Of a DNA stretch of 64,000 nucleotides, positions 40,305-52,410 are shown piece by piece. The stretch is from Felis catus. Lineage: Eukaryota. A program made the position numbers and the translations under genes. The DNA is taken from positions 108,316,001 through 108,380,000 of the forward strand of contig NC_058368.1 in the NCBI RefSeq assembly GCF_018350175.1, read 5' to 3'. Under the pieces are notes generated by a model that was not told where the DNA came from, did no database searches, and saw only the letters and a list, made by a program, of their open reading frames with translations. The first letter of the stretch is position 1; every line of letters starts with the position of its first letter.

Positions 40305-40770
40305 TTGGGGCAGCTAGACTCAAAGACAGCTCTAAACCTCTTGTTATTCACAATCTTGTGCAGTCCCCTCCCATATTGTATTAGGATTGCTTTCTGTGAC
40401 ACTCCTGAGGCCAAATCACAATGTGGCATCTGCCTTACTCTTCCCCTTGATTACCTGCTTTGGGGGAGCCAAATGCCATGTTGTGGACCTCTCTATGGAG
40501 AGGCCCACCTGACAGGGAACTGAGGTCTTGTACTAAAAGCCATGCTAGCAGCCACCTTGGAAGTATATCCTCTAGCTCAGCCCAGTGAAGCCTCAGAGAA
40601 CTGCAACCCTGCTGATATTCTGACTACAACTTCATGAGACACTGAGCCAGAACCACTCAGCTAGGCTGCTCCCGAATTGCTGACCCACAAAAATTATGAG
40701 AAAATGAATGTGTGTTCTTTTAAACCACTAAGCTCCAGGTAATTTGTTACGCCACAAGAGGTTAACTACA
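40305..40770 (+). mobile_element. MLT1 (ERVL-MaLR) solo LTR, MLT1F/H-like
   Basis: Motifs gccatgttgtg...ggagaggcccac, ctgagccagaaccactcagctaggctgctccc, ttttaaaccactaag...taatttgttac...aactaca. Confidence 0.8.
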
Positions 40771-40818
40771 TATGAATTAAAATATAAAATTCTTATTGTG
40801 AATAGATATATTTCTTAC

Positions 40819-40996
40819 CAATGTCATCATCAGTTTTGTCTGCAGGTTCTTTCTCAAGACATTCTCGAACAAGATCTCGCCCCTGTAGTGGATCTGTTCG
40901 ATCAATCTCTTCATCTTCCTCTTCCTCATCTTCAGAATCAACAGGTCCTTCTGGAAGACGTGTTAAATCTACATCTCCTACCTCACTTTCTGTAGC
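40819..40996 (-). CDS. RAPGEF6: RAPGEF6 coding exon (~exon 8), 178 nt, phase 0-1
   Basis: Acceptor ctttag, donor TTG|gtaaga; [59 protein letters not shown]. Confidence 0.97.
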
Positions 40997-41284
40997 CTAA
41001 AGAAAGAAATCTTGATCACTTATTCATGTTGTAAAAATTTTGTCACAGCCTGAATTAATCACAACTACCCCTCCTAACAATATAAACAACCAGGCAATAC
41101 TGTGTTCTATCAAAAACAAAATGATACTTATTTGTAAAAGGTTTCACTCTTCAAAAATATGGGCTGAATGTTACACAGTATAACATCCAGGGCTCAAATC
41201 TGAGCCAGCAAGTATAAAATGGTCAGGAGATGTAAACACCACTAAATGCATTCATCACTATTTTCTAACCAACATGTGTATTTC

Positions 41285-41498
41285 TTTTTTAATTTTTTTT
41301 TTTTTAACGTTTTTGAGAGAGAGGGAGACAGAGCATGAACGGGGGAGGGTCAGAGAGAGGGAGACACAGAATCTGAAACAGGCTCCAGGCTCTGAGCTGT
41401 CAGCACAGAGCCCGACGCGGGGCTCAAACTCATGGACCGCGAGATCATGACCTGAGCTGAAGTCGGCCGCCCAACCGACCTAGCCACCCAGGCACCCC
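41285..41498 (-). mobile_element. Young SINEC_Fc-type SINE
   Basis: CpG-rich gagcccgacgcggggctc...gaccgcgagatc; TSD caaca(t/c)gt(g/t)tatttctt. Confidence 0.93.
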
Positions 41499-43242
41499 TC
41501 AACACGTTTATTTCTTAAAAGTAAAACATTTCAGGAAGTGCAGGAAGGAGTTTACTAACAATCATTTCATGAGTATCTATTCGTCTATGCTGGGCGTTGT
41601 AAATAAGATATTCTTTTACCACAAAGATTCAGAGTACAGTAAATAGGCAACCATGTAAATTAAGAACAGAAGTGTAAAACTGAAAAGTGCTAAAATAGAC
41701 CAACTGTGAAGTACTGAACACATACTTACAATGTCCCAATACCCTTTTGGTGAACCTAACAGTATGCAAAGATGAGTTGAGATTATTCCAACCAATGTTT
41801 GAAGTAAACTTATATTTACAACCTCAACTTTGGAAATATATTTGTAAATATAATGTCTCAGATATCTGTGAAGTAACTAGCAGATTTCTAAAAAAACTAA
41901 ATTTAAATGTCATTCAGAGGAAACAATGATAATGTTTTACAGAAAATAAAATTATCCTGAAATGATTATGTAATACTCCTAAACATTATATTCACTTGAT
42001 TCATATTAAAAATGAAAAAGCATGAATACTGAAGCAGTTACAGAAACAATGGGTTGAACATACAGGAATTTCATAATAATAAGCATACAACAGGTGTGAG
42101 TGAAGAGTATGGCATCTTCATTCAAATATTTAAGTGTCATCACCTATACTAAACATTTACTGTTTTGACTGCTCAGAAGAGCCCCTTTCTTCTGTTAGGG
42201 ACTTACTGTTCCTCTCTAATTTAACCAAGAGATTCCAGTGAAGAACACTGTTCTGCCCCTGACTATGGAAGCTAAGGCAGAAAGAACTCTTGTCTTCATT
42301 TTTATAACTGGAGCTACAGGGCAGAGCATTCTTTTGTTTCTGGTTACTGCTTGGGAAGAATGTGATAACAGCTACATGGGAATGCCATTCTGTGATGAGA
42401 GAATGGAACCAATTGGCACGGAAAGGGGCAAGGGAATGAGAAGGAAGGACACTGAACAAGAGACAGACATGGAAAGATACAGAGCAACAAACCAATACAA
42501 ATAGAACATGCATGATAGAGATAACAAGAGCAAAGCAAGTGAAGCAAAGAGCACCTGTGACAAAGTGCTGGGGGCGGAGGAGGAGGAGCAAAGGCAAGCA
42601 AGCTGCAGGGAGCCACAGAACTAGATAGACAAGGCAGGGGCACACACCTGCAAGCAACCAGGTTCCCTGAGGCCAAAGCTGCCTCTGCTTTCTGGCTACG
42701 GAACTTTAGAGTTTAAGGGGAGATATTTCTGAATAAAATACCCTTGGAACCATTAGAACTTGCAAGCAAGTTCTAATTTCAAAAAATAAGATATAAAATG
42801 TGTACATGCTAACATGACTTTCAAAAACCTTATTTACATGTAATGATTTTAATCCAAGAAACTAGTGTGAAAAAATACTAAAGCAGTATTTTTCATACAA
42901 GTTTATTTAATTTTTCAGACTATAGAAGCTCACCCCCAGAATAGCCTTTTTCCATTTTATCAAATTTTAAGAACAATCTACCTTTGGGTTCTTAAACCAC
43001 TATCTTCATCATAATTTCAAGTTTTCATCCTATGATGCTTAGTCAAAGAATTAGATCCTATGATCCTATTTCATCCTATGATCCTATTTCAACAGTCTCC
43101 TAACCTTTTATATTATATCTGATAAAAACATAGCTCATAGCAAAAATAAGCAAGATTCAATTCATGTATGTGGATAAGAGGCAAGGTCTATGGTCATCTG
43201 TGTAAAAAGTGAAGATACCTAAAAAGAAAATTCTTTAAAAAA

Positions 43243-43997
43243 ATTTTTTTTAATGTTCATTTTTGAAAGAGAGAAAGAGAGACAGCGAGCACGAGTGCAG
43301 GAGGGGTTGAGAGAGAGGGACACAGAGAATCTGAAGCAGGCTCCAGGCACTGAGCTGTCAGCACAGAGCCTGACGCATGGCTCAAACTCACAAACTGTGA
43401 GATCATGACCTGAGCCAAAGACAGATGCTTACATGACTGAGCCACCCAGGCGCCCCTTAAAAAGAAAATTCTTAAGGGAGAATGGAAGTCAAGGGTACAG
43501 TTTGTGAGAAGGGTGCTTTTAAGGATATCTGCAAAGTAAAGAATATAACCTATATTTACAATTGTCTTAACTGTACTTTTTCCAAAGTAGAATAAAAAGA
43601 AAAAGAATGAATAATATCATTTAACAGAGATTAAACTGATAAAATGTTACAAGTATACCAGAAGGATGAGGCAAAGTAAGAATTAAAAATAAAAAAGGAA
43701 GTCAAAAACATGCTAGAATCTTACAAAAGAATTTTCTTCTTCTTACAAAAGAATCTTGTAATTTATTTATTTTTTAATTATTATTATTTTTTTTAACGTT
43801 TATTTATTTTTGAGACAGAGAGAGACAGAGCATGAACGGGGGAGGGGCAGAGAGAGAGGGAGACACAGAATCGGAAGCAGGCTCCAGGCTCTGAGCCATC
43901 AGCCCAGAGCCCGACGTGGGGCTCAAACTCACGGACTGCGAGATCATGACTTGAGCTGAAGTTGGACGCTTAACCGACTGAGCCACCCAGGCGCCCC
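43243..43997 (-). mobile_element. Two CanSINEs (43243-43456; young copy 43762-43997)
   Basis: Heads gccacccaggcgcccc; TSDs taaaaagaaaattctt and aagaatc(t/g)tgtaattta. Confidence 0.92.
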
Positions 43998-44468
43998 AAG
44001 AATCGTGTAATTTAAAAATAAGTACATAAAACAAGCTATGTAGAATCCAAGGTCTAATTCTTTGACTAAGCAAAGGGAAGTTAGGTTTTTTAAGTTAGGT
44101 CATTTTAGATAAAATGACCATCAGGAGTGGAAGTCATTGCATGATACTTCTGAGGATGCAGGCCTTGGAAACAGTTTAATTCTCTAATAACTAGGTGAGA
44201 ATTTTAAATATGTATTACTCAAAATGTCCAACATATAACAAAAACTTACAAGAGAGAAGGAGGAGGAGGGAAATGTAATACATAACGAAGAGAAAAATCA
44301 GTATAAAGAGACCCAGGAATGAGAGAGATGGAATTAGGAGACATCAACTTCCAACATTGTAAGTAAGTTTTAAGATATAAAAGGAAATATAAATGTAAGT
44401 AGGGTGAAAATGGGAAATCTAAATAAATGTAAATTCTAAGAAGAGTAAACTTGAAAAGAGGCAATAAA

Positions 44469-45163
44469 GGGCACCTGGTTGGCTCAGTTGGTTGAGCAGC
44501 TCAGGTTGTGGTCTCACGGTTCCTGAGTTCAAGCCCTACATTGGGCTTGCTGCTGTCTGGGCAGAACCTGCTTTGGGATCCTTCGTCTCCCTCTCTCTTT
44601 GTCCCTCCCCTGTTTGCACTCTTTCTCTCTCAAAAATAAACATTTATTTAAAAAAGGGGGGGGGCAATAAAAACTACCCCAACTGAAGCAAAGAACAGAG
44701 CCATAAAGAAAATTTACCAGAGTCCAAGAGACTAATAAAATCATTATCAAAAGTTGTTATAAAAAATGTAGGTCAACAGATATGCCAAATTTGTTAAGGC
44801 AAGGTACCCAGAAAATCAGAGCCCTGGCCTTTCAACTACTTTATCCTAGAACCTGGAATACAGCAGAACCTCAAGAAGATAATGACAAGTAAGTTATGTG
44901 TAGCGGGAAAAAAGTATATTGGTAAAAGAGCTAAGAGAACAAGTTTAGGGGCGCCTGGGTGGCTTAGCTGGGTAAGCCTCTGACTTTTGATTTCAGCTGA
45001 GGTCATGATCTCAAGGTTCCTGAGTTAGAGCCCTGCAGCAGGCTCTGTACTAACAGTGTAGAGCCTGATTGGGATTATCTCTCACTCCCTTGCACTCTCT
45101 CTGTCCCTCCCCTGCTCATGTATGCACTCTCTCTCAAAATAAATAAACATTAAAAAAAAAAAA
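44469..45163 (+). mobile_element. Two CanSINEs (44469-44655; 44948-45163)
   Basis: gggcacctggttggctcag and ggggcgcctgggtggcttag heads with A tails. Confidence 0.9.
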
Positions 45164-46125
45164 GTTCATTAAACTTCTGTTTTTCCGTTCCTGCAGTGTA
45201 AATGTGTCTCTGTGTATATGTGTAAATAGAATTTGGTGAGGCTAACAGTCTGAGGAGATTTTCTGATGACTTTGCCTTCCCCAAATAAACCACCAGAGGA
45301 TATCCTTTTCCTGTTTGCATCTAGACAAAGAATGAGGGGAACTATAGGTTGGAACGAAAAGTTATACACACTTAACAAAAACCGCGTTTTCAATTTCAGA
45401 GCCAATATTAAGCCAGAACCTTAAATTTTCAGCGCTTCTCTTTGCTGCATTCTCATTGTGAGTACTCCATTCTATCTTTTTCATGGACCACTCAGGCCTT
45501 GTTTCCTGTCTCTCTGGTTAGCGGAAGAAGCCTGTGAAATTGATCCTTCACAGTAACGCTGTCTGGAAGAGCCCATTCCATAATCTCTACAATAGGTCAG
45601 GCAGGTCAAGGAAAGACTCCTTTGCCCTAGATAATCAAGCTTTAGTCAGTAGTGATCCTCTGCATTTTCCCTGGAAACAATATTGGTTTCTACTTTCAAG
45701 TGTAATTCAACTAAAAAAAAAAAAAAAAATCTAGATTACTTCCTAAGTGCCAAAAGTGTGCTTAACTCATCAGGGAATACACACGAAATAAACTCTGCCT
45801 CCACAAATTTTCCACTCATGACCCACAGAAAAACTGCTGTGGGGTTCCAAGATCTGAGAGACCAAGTGAAAATGTCATTTAGGTGAAGTGGCAGGTAGAA
45901 GAGCATAACCAAAACACAGGGCTAGGAAAAAACAAACATGTTCAGGGAATAACATATGTATTTTGTTGTGAACCAGAATCTAGAATGTTCAAGTGGGGAA
46001 TAGTGGAACATAAAGCCAGAATTGCAGACTGCGGTTAGAAGTCAAAGACTAAGACTGTGAATACAAATCTGAAATGAAATGAAGAGTATAAATCAGATAA
46101 TGGTGAAACACTTAAGCTTTTATTG

Positions 46126-46889
46126 TTTTTTAAATTTTTTTTAATGTTTATTTATTTTTGAGCAAAAGAGACAGAACATGAGTGGGAGAGGGGCAGAGAG
46201 AGAGGGTGAGACGAATTGGAACCAGGTTTCAGGTTCTGAGCTATCAACACAGAGCCTGACGCAGGGCTTGAACTTTTGAGTCGTGAGATCATGACCTGAG
46301 TTGAAGTCGGACGCTTAACCGACTGAGCCACCCAGGCACCCTGAAGCACTGAAGCTTTTAAAATATACAAGTAGGGGCGCCTGGGTGGCTCAGTCGGGAA
46401 GCATCTAACTTCGGCTCAGGACATGATCTCATTGTTCGTGGGTTTGAGCCTTGTGTCATGCTCTGCAATAACAGTGTGCAGCCTTCCTGGGGTTCTCTCT
46501 CTCTGCCCTTCCCTAACTCTCGCTTTCTCTTTCTCAAAATAAATAAACTTAAAAAAAACTAAATAAAATAGAGGAGTAAAGTCATACTATTTTTAGAATT
46601 TATTTCACGTGGGAGTTTATAAAATGTGAGTAGTCAAAGATAAATGAGATTATGACTAGGACACACATTTTTATTATTATTTTTTTTTAACGTTTATTTA
46701 TTTTTGAGACAGAGAGAGACAGAGCACGAATGGGGGAGGGTGAGAGAGAGGGAGACACAGAATCCAAAACAGGCTCCAGGCTCTGAGCTGTCAGCACAGA
46801 GCCCGACGCGGGGCTCGAACCCACGGACTGCGAGATCATGACCTGAGCCGAGGTCGGCCGCTCAACCGACTGAGCCACCCAGGCGCCCC
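46126..46889. mobile_element. Three CanSINEs (- 46126-46341; + 46374-46560; young - 46668-46889)
   Basis: Heads and tails visible; TSD aggacacacattttta on the third copy. Confidence 0.92.
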
Positions 46890-47632
46890 AGGACACACAT
46901 TTTTAACGGGAATATTAAAGCAAAAGAAAGCATGTGGTATGGCAAAGCTAGGTCAATGTCCAATGACCATCCCAGTGGCAATGGGGTGCCCCAGTTCTGG
47001 AGAGACTGGCAGTAGACTTATGAAATAAGGACTCACGCTACCATAGAGAGAGTAATTGAAGCACTGGGATTTTTAGGACCACGTTGACTTCCTGCAGAAA
47101 AACTAAGAAAGATAGACAGGTGATGAATGTGTGCCTGAGGTTTCTAAAAAAGAAGTTAACGAAAAGACAAGTGCTTTATTTCACAATATTCCAGCTCTTG
47201 CTGGTATAAACAGACTGAAATAAATAGAAAAAGGAAATCTAGAAAGGAGCATTCCTTATTTGAGTATTCTATGAAGATACATAAAATATTTATTCCAAGA
47301 ACAATTTAACATCTTAATGTATAAGCTTACCTACATTTTAAGCTTATCTGATTAGAAACATATTCATATCAAAATGGTAACTTGCATTTTCCCCAGACTG
47401 TGGTAAATGCTTTATTTTAAAGTTTCCTTGAGAGCCAAGGACTGTTATATTTAAACCAGAAAACATGAAAATTCTCAAGAAGGAAATGCATAGGAGCACA
47501 GCCACATATGTGGCCATATAAAATGGTGTTAACAATGATCTTGTTAAGAAGTGCTGTTCAAATGTCTCTCTTCTCTCTTCTCCTCAAATCTCCAAATTAA
47601 AAATACGTGCATTAAAAAAAAAAAAAATACCT

Positions 47633-47845
47633 GGGGCACCTGGATGGCTCAGTCAGTTGTTCGTCGGTCTTAAGCTCAGGTCATGATCTCAAGGTCCCTG
47701 AGTTCAAGCCCCACTTCGGGCTCTGTGCTGACAGCTCAGAGCCTGGAGCCTGCTTCAGATTCTGGGTCTCCCTCTCTCTCTACCCCTCCGCCTCTCACAC
47801 TCTGTCTCTCTCTCACTCTCAAAAATAAACGTTAAAAAAAAAAAA
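47633..47845 (+). mobile_element. CanSINE
   Basis: ggggcacctggatggctcag...gctgacagctcagagcctggagcctgc. Confidence 0.9.
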
Positions 47846-49145
47846 ACCTTGCATTACGTCACAACGCTTTGCTTATACTGTTAGAAGCCATGACTAGGTT
47901 AAGTGTTCACTTTTAAAATCTTTCAAGTGCCAAAATTTGGATAACCAGACTACCTCAATTATTGCTGGCCAATGTATACATACACAGACAACATAGCCTG
48001 TAACTTAACGGTGTATTCACAGCTTGAATGGTACTCCAAACAAGGACTGAGGTCAAGAAAAGACTAAGGTTCACTACTGAATTTAACTCTAAGCACTCTT
48101 CTTCCCTTTGTTTTAGTCTGAGGATCTGATTGGATACACACACACAAATTGGTTGTTATTTACCTTATCTGTGTTTTAACTGCAGGTCTAGAAATTCTGC
48201 ATTTGGGGGTAACATTTTATCAATCTATTATTCTGTACTTATTCCTTTTATTCTCTAGTATTTAACTTTAATCTTTCTCAAAATTTTATTCAACTTTTTA
48301 AAAACTGTACACTCTATTTACATCCTTCATAAAGTGTGTTAGAGAAATACTAATGTTCACAGAGAAAAAAGGTAAGAAAAGCCTAGCTAACATAATAAAA
48401 ACTACTCACAAACCTACCACTAATAGAAAACATTATTACCATTTGGTCCTCTTTCATTCAGATTTACATTGCAATGTATAACATATACACAACATATGTA
48501 ATTATGTATTTAAGTATATTTATTTTAACATAGTGGTTTCTTCTGTTTTTATCTTTGTTTTTAACATAAACTGTTTCTATCCACTGGCTATTCTCTTAAA
48601 GGAAGTCCAAATTTGAGGATGTTTACCTTCTTTGGCCACTCTTAAAAAGATTTTATCTTAACTTTTTACATATTTGACTTTGGTATTATAATTTTCTCCT
48701 TTCTATATCTGAATTCCTGTTTTGGTTCTAGATTTCATTGTTTTTTTGTTTTTGTCTGTTTACTCTTCCTAAATTCATTAAAACCTACTTTTATCTTACT
48801 GTTTACTATGTTTAATTGCATCATCTTTTAAACTGTACATCTCCGAAAAAAAATAAACTATGACTCCATTCATGTGACCTTCTAGAAGATGTGTATAGGC
48901 AGAAAACAGACTGGTGGTTGCCAGTGGCTGGGGATCAGAAGGGAATGACTACAAAGGGGCAAAGACTACTGTCTGAGGTGATGGAAACGTTCTATGTCTT
49001 CACGTAGGCTCTACTATGGGGGTTAAATTTTATTATATATAAACATATAACATCAAACATACATGTCAGTTAACATCAAACATATACAAACACAATTAAC
49101 GATGTAGGAAACAGAATGAATATGACTTGGTGCTGAAAGTTATGA

Positions 49146-49357
49146 TTTTTTTTTTAAATGCCTATTTATTTATTCTTGAGAGAGAGGTAGAGAACAAGCA
49201 GGGGAGGGGCAGAGGGAAAGGGAGACAGAAGCCCAAGTAGACTCCACAACCTCAGCATGAAGCCTGACGTGGAGCTTGAACTCACAAACTGTGAGATCAT
49301 GACCTGAGCGGAAACCAACAGTCAGATGCTTAACTGACTGAGCCACCCAGGTGCCCC
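49146..49357 (-). mobile_element. CanSINE
   Basis: ...gagccacccaggtgcccc; TSD gttatgat. Confidence 0.9.
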
Positions 49358-49907
49358 TAAATGTTATGATCAAGGGACAAGAACCAATGATAACTTTCAG
49401 GTTTCAGGGATGGTGTCTTCCTCACTTTGTAATGGAGGGAGTCCTTTCACATGCAGGACAGCTGGCAAGGATACTTGCCCACAGTTTATCCACATTAAAA
49501 TTAATCTTATAAAAGGTAGAATGAGCTGTATAGAGTGCCACTGAGCAAGGAAAACATACAGGAGGGTGGAGCAGGGCAGCCACATACAAGGGCCTAACAG
49601 TACAGCAGAAGACCTCCAACTACACAAGTAGGGTGCTCCAGTCTCAGCCTCAGGTAGGGAAACCAGTAGGCAGACATTCTGTAGATACAAGTGCAATGTT
49701 TCAGGAGCTCCTCCAGGATCCTGCCAAAGATATAGGACTCTGCTGTGTATAGCTCATCTTCTAGTGTGTAGTAAAGCATGGACCTCTCCAAAAGACCCTG
49801 ATCTCTATCTGGGCACTATCCTTTTGTCCTTTCTCTCACAACCATCTAGGGCTCTGTTCCTTGCTCCAAAAAGTTGGTTAATATCTGGTTTAGAAATGGA
49901 TATACTT

Positions 49908-50338
49908 GGGTTGCCTGGGTGGCTAGTTGGTTCAGCATCCGACTCTTGATTTGGGCTCAGGTCATAATCTCACAGGTTGATCAGTTCGAGTCCCACATCG
50001 GGATCCTCACACTGACAGTGCAGGGCTTGCTTGGAATTCTCCCTCTCTCCCTCCCTCTCAGCCCCTCTTGCACATGCTCTTTCTCTCAAAATGAATGCAT
50101 AAACTTAAAAAAAAAAAACAAAAAACGGATACATTAGTGAGATCAGGTACCTATAGTTTGACAACATCACATGTCTGCTATATGATTTCTCTTAGCAAGG
50201 TCCAGACATTCTCACTTATCCTATAAAAAATCTATAGCCACATCCTTGAAATTCATTAATCCATGGTAAGTCTTCTCTGGGAAAAACAAAGAAGCCATAG
50301 AAGCTGTACAGCTCTACTTTGACTTTTAGGTGTGCAAC

Positions 50339-50372
<34 letters not shown>

Positions 50373-51085
50373 AGAGCGAGTGAGCAGGCAAAGGCAAAAG
50401 GAAGAAGGAGGGAGGGAGGAAGGAGAGAAAGAGAGCATGTGCATGAGAGAGACAGAGAGAGAAAATCTCAACCATGCTCAGCACAGAGCTCAATGTGGGG
50501 CTTGAACCCACGATCATGGGATCATAACCTTAGCCAAAATCTAGAGTCTTGGATGTTCAACTGACCGAGCCACCCAGGCACCCCTAGGTGTGCAAGACCT
50601 CTTATTTCTTTCACATGATACTTCCTTTGGGGAAAGCCAGAATCCATGGAGCACACTATGAGTGTCTCCAGAGCCACTGCATTTTTTAAATGGACTTTTT
50701 AAAAATCCCTTGTTCTGTGTACTACACAATGGTAATGAGAGAGAATTCCTTGTTCTGTCTACTATAAAATTGTAAACAGGGACAATATACATGGCTAAAG
50801 CAATGACCTTTGTGGAGAAAAGCTATGCATAATCCAAAAATAGAGCTTCTTTTCCATTTTGTCTCTGCCTATAACCTTCCCATAAAAGAGAAATGTTGGG
50901 GCACCTGGATGGCTCAATCAGTTAAGTGTCTGACTTTGACTCAGGTCATGATCTCATGGTCTGTGAGTTCTAGCCCTACGTCGGACTCTGTGCTGACAGT
51001 TCAGAGCCTGGAGCCTGCTTCATATTCTGTGTCTCCCTCTCTCTCTTGCTCAAAAATAAACAAACATGTAAAAAAATTTTTTTAA
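49908..51085. mobile_element. Three CanSINEs (+ 49908-50125; - 50342-50584; + 50898-51085)
   Basis: Heads and tails visible; TSDs taggtgtgcaa and agagaaatg. Confidence 0.9.
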
Positions 51086-51311
51086 AAAAGAGAGAGAAAT
51101 GCTGATTTCCCTAAAATATCTGAATCTGCGTAACTCAGTAGAACTATAATGTCTATAACGTTTTCCTCAGACAACGATTTCATTTCAAAAGACCAGTAAT
51201 ACATGGTAGCCACTTGCCATATGTGAAGGTCAATTGAACAGTGGCCAGTCTGAACTGAGATGCACAGTAAGGTTATATTAAAGGTTATATTAAATTCTGG
51301 CTTTGAAAGAC

Positions 51312-52131
51312 TGTCACATCCCCATGCTGCGCATGCACCCTATGCTCTGCTGCGTGGTACCTTGGAGCCAGCGGCACCAGAGCCTGGGCTGGCAGACCCT
51401 TGCTGCTCCATCTTGCACCCTGTCTGGCCTGTTGCAGGATTGGCAATGCAGGCAGTAAGAATGTTGCAGCCCAAGAGGCTCTAGAAAGTTGGTTGTGGAT
51501 TCAGGTCACTGGGCAGCAAATGCACCACTTCAACCAGCTTCCCAACAATCAGCTCAAAGCCAAGCTCCACAGAAAATCACAACTCTTCTGTGGCACTGCC
51601 CGGTTACCATGGAACCACCAGCCACAACAAACCTAGGAGAACCCCCCCCCCACCCCCCAAAACTCCACCTGGAACTCCACTAGTAACTGACAGCCCAGAA
51701 AGGTGAGTTTCTGTGTGATGGAGCAAGCCTCTAACATTCAGCGAGGTAGTTGACAACCCTACCTTAGCCTTCACTTCCTGCTTGACTGAATAAAGCCTGA
51801 TGGTCAGCCAAAGTTTGTTTATTTTTGGAAGGACAGATTATTTACAGTTCTCTACTCTGCCATTTTTGCTGATATCCTATCCTTATTGTTTAAACAAGTG
51901 GCGTTTACCTCTTCAATTACTTGTGCTAGAAGCATCCTAAATAACCCAGAATCACATTTGTGAAGTCATCTTGAAAAGTCCACTATTTTTCTAAAATCCA
52001 ACACTAAACAACCTCTAAGTTGTATATCAAATACTATCACTGTTAATAAAAATCACCTAGTAAATTAACTTTATCATATTAATTTTTACATGTACAGGTT
52101 TACTTTAAATTTATATTAAAATAAATTTAAG
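51312..52131 (+). pseudogene. Probable processed retrocopy of an unidentified mRNA or lncRNA
   Basis: GC-rich CpG-decayed 5' part, AT-rich 3' part ending in ATTAAA/AATAAA, interrupts a MER33-like element, degenerate flanking duplication aattctggctttgaaagac / aattcaggctactgaagac. Confidence 0.55.
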
Positions 52132-52176
52132 AATTCAGGCTACTGAAGACAGGATAAAAAATTAAGTAACCCCTAA

Positions 52177-52410
52177 TTTTTATTTATTTTTTATTTTTTT
52201 ATTTTTTCAATGTTTATTTATTTTTGGGACAGAGAGAGACAGAGCATGAACGGGGGAGGGGCAAAGAGAGAGGGAGACACAGAATTGGAAACAGGCTCCA
52301 GGCTCTGAGCCATCAGCCCAGAGCCTGACGCGGGGCTCGAACTCACGGACCGCGAGAACGTGACCTGGCTGAAGTCGGACGCTTAACCGACTGCGCCACC
52401 CAGGCGCCCC
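52177..52410 (-). mobile_element. Very young SINEC_Fc-type SINE inside MER33
   Basis: Near-identical to 18306 and 25446 copies; TSD aacccctaa(t/c)tttta. Confidence 0.95.

Noticed and set aside
42157..42676. Overlapping 166-aa and 110-aa hydrophobic ORFs on the minus strand
   Set aside because: Explained by a stop-poor pyrimidine-rich tract; non-ATG starts and no homology recognised. The splice-site interpretation is reported instead.
43028..43090. Short tandem atcctatgatcctatttc repeats
   Set aside because: Simple local duplication with no spacers; not CRISPR-like, and the sequence is eukaryotic.
1447..51085. Recurrent MAQSVK...AQVMIS...SLEPASDS ORFs resembling a gene family
   Set aside because: Translations of CanSINE bodies.
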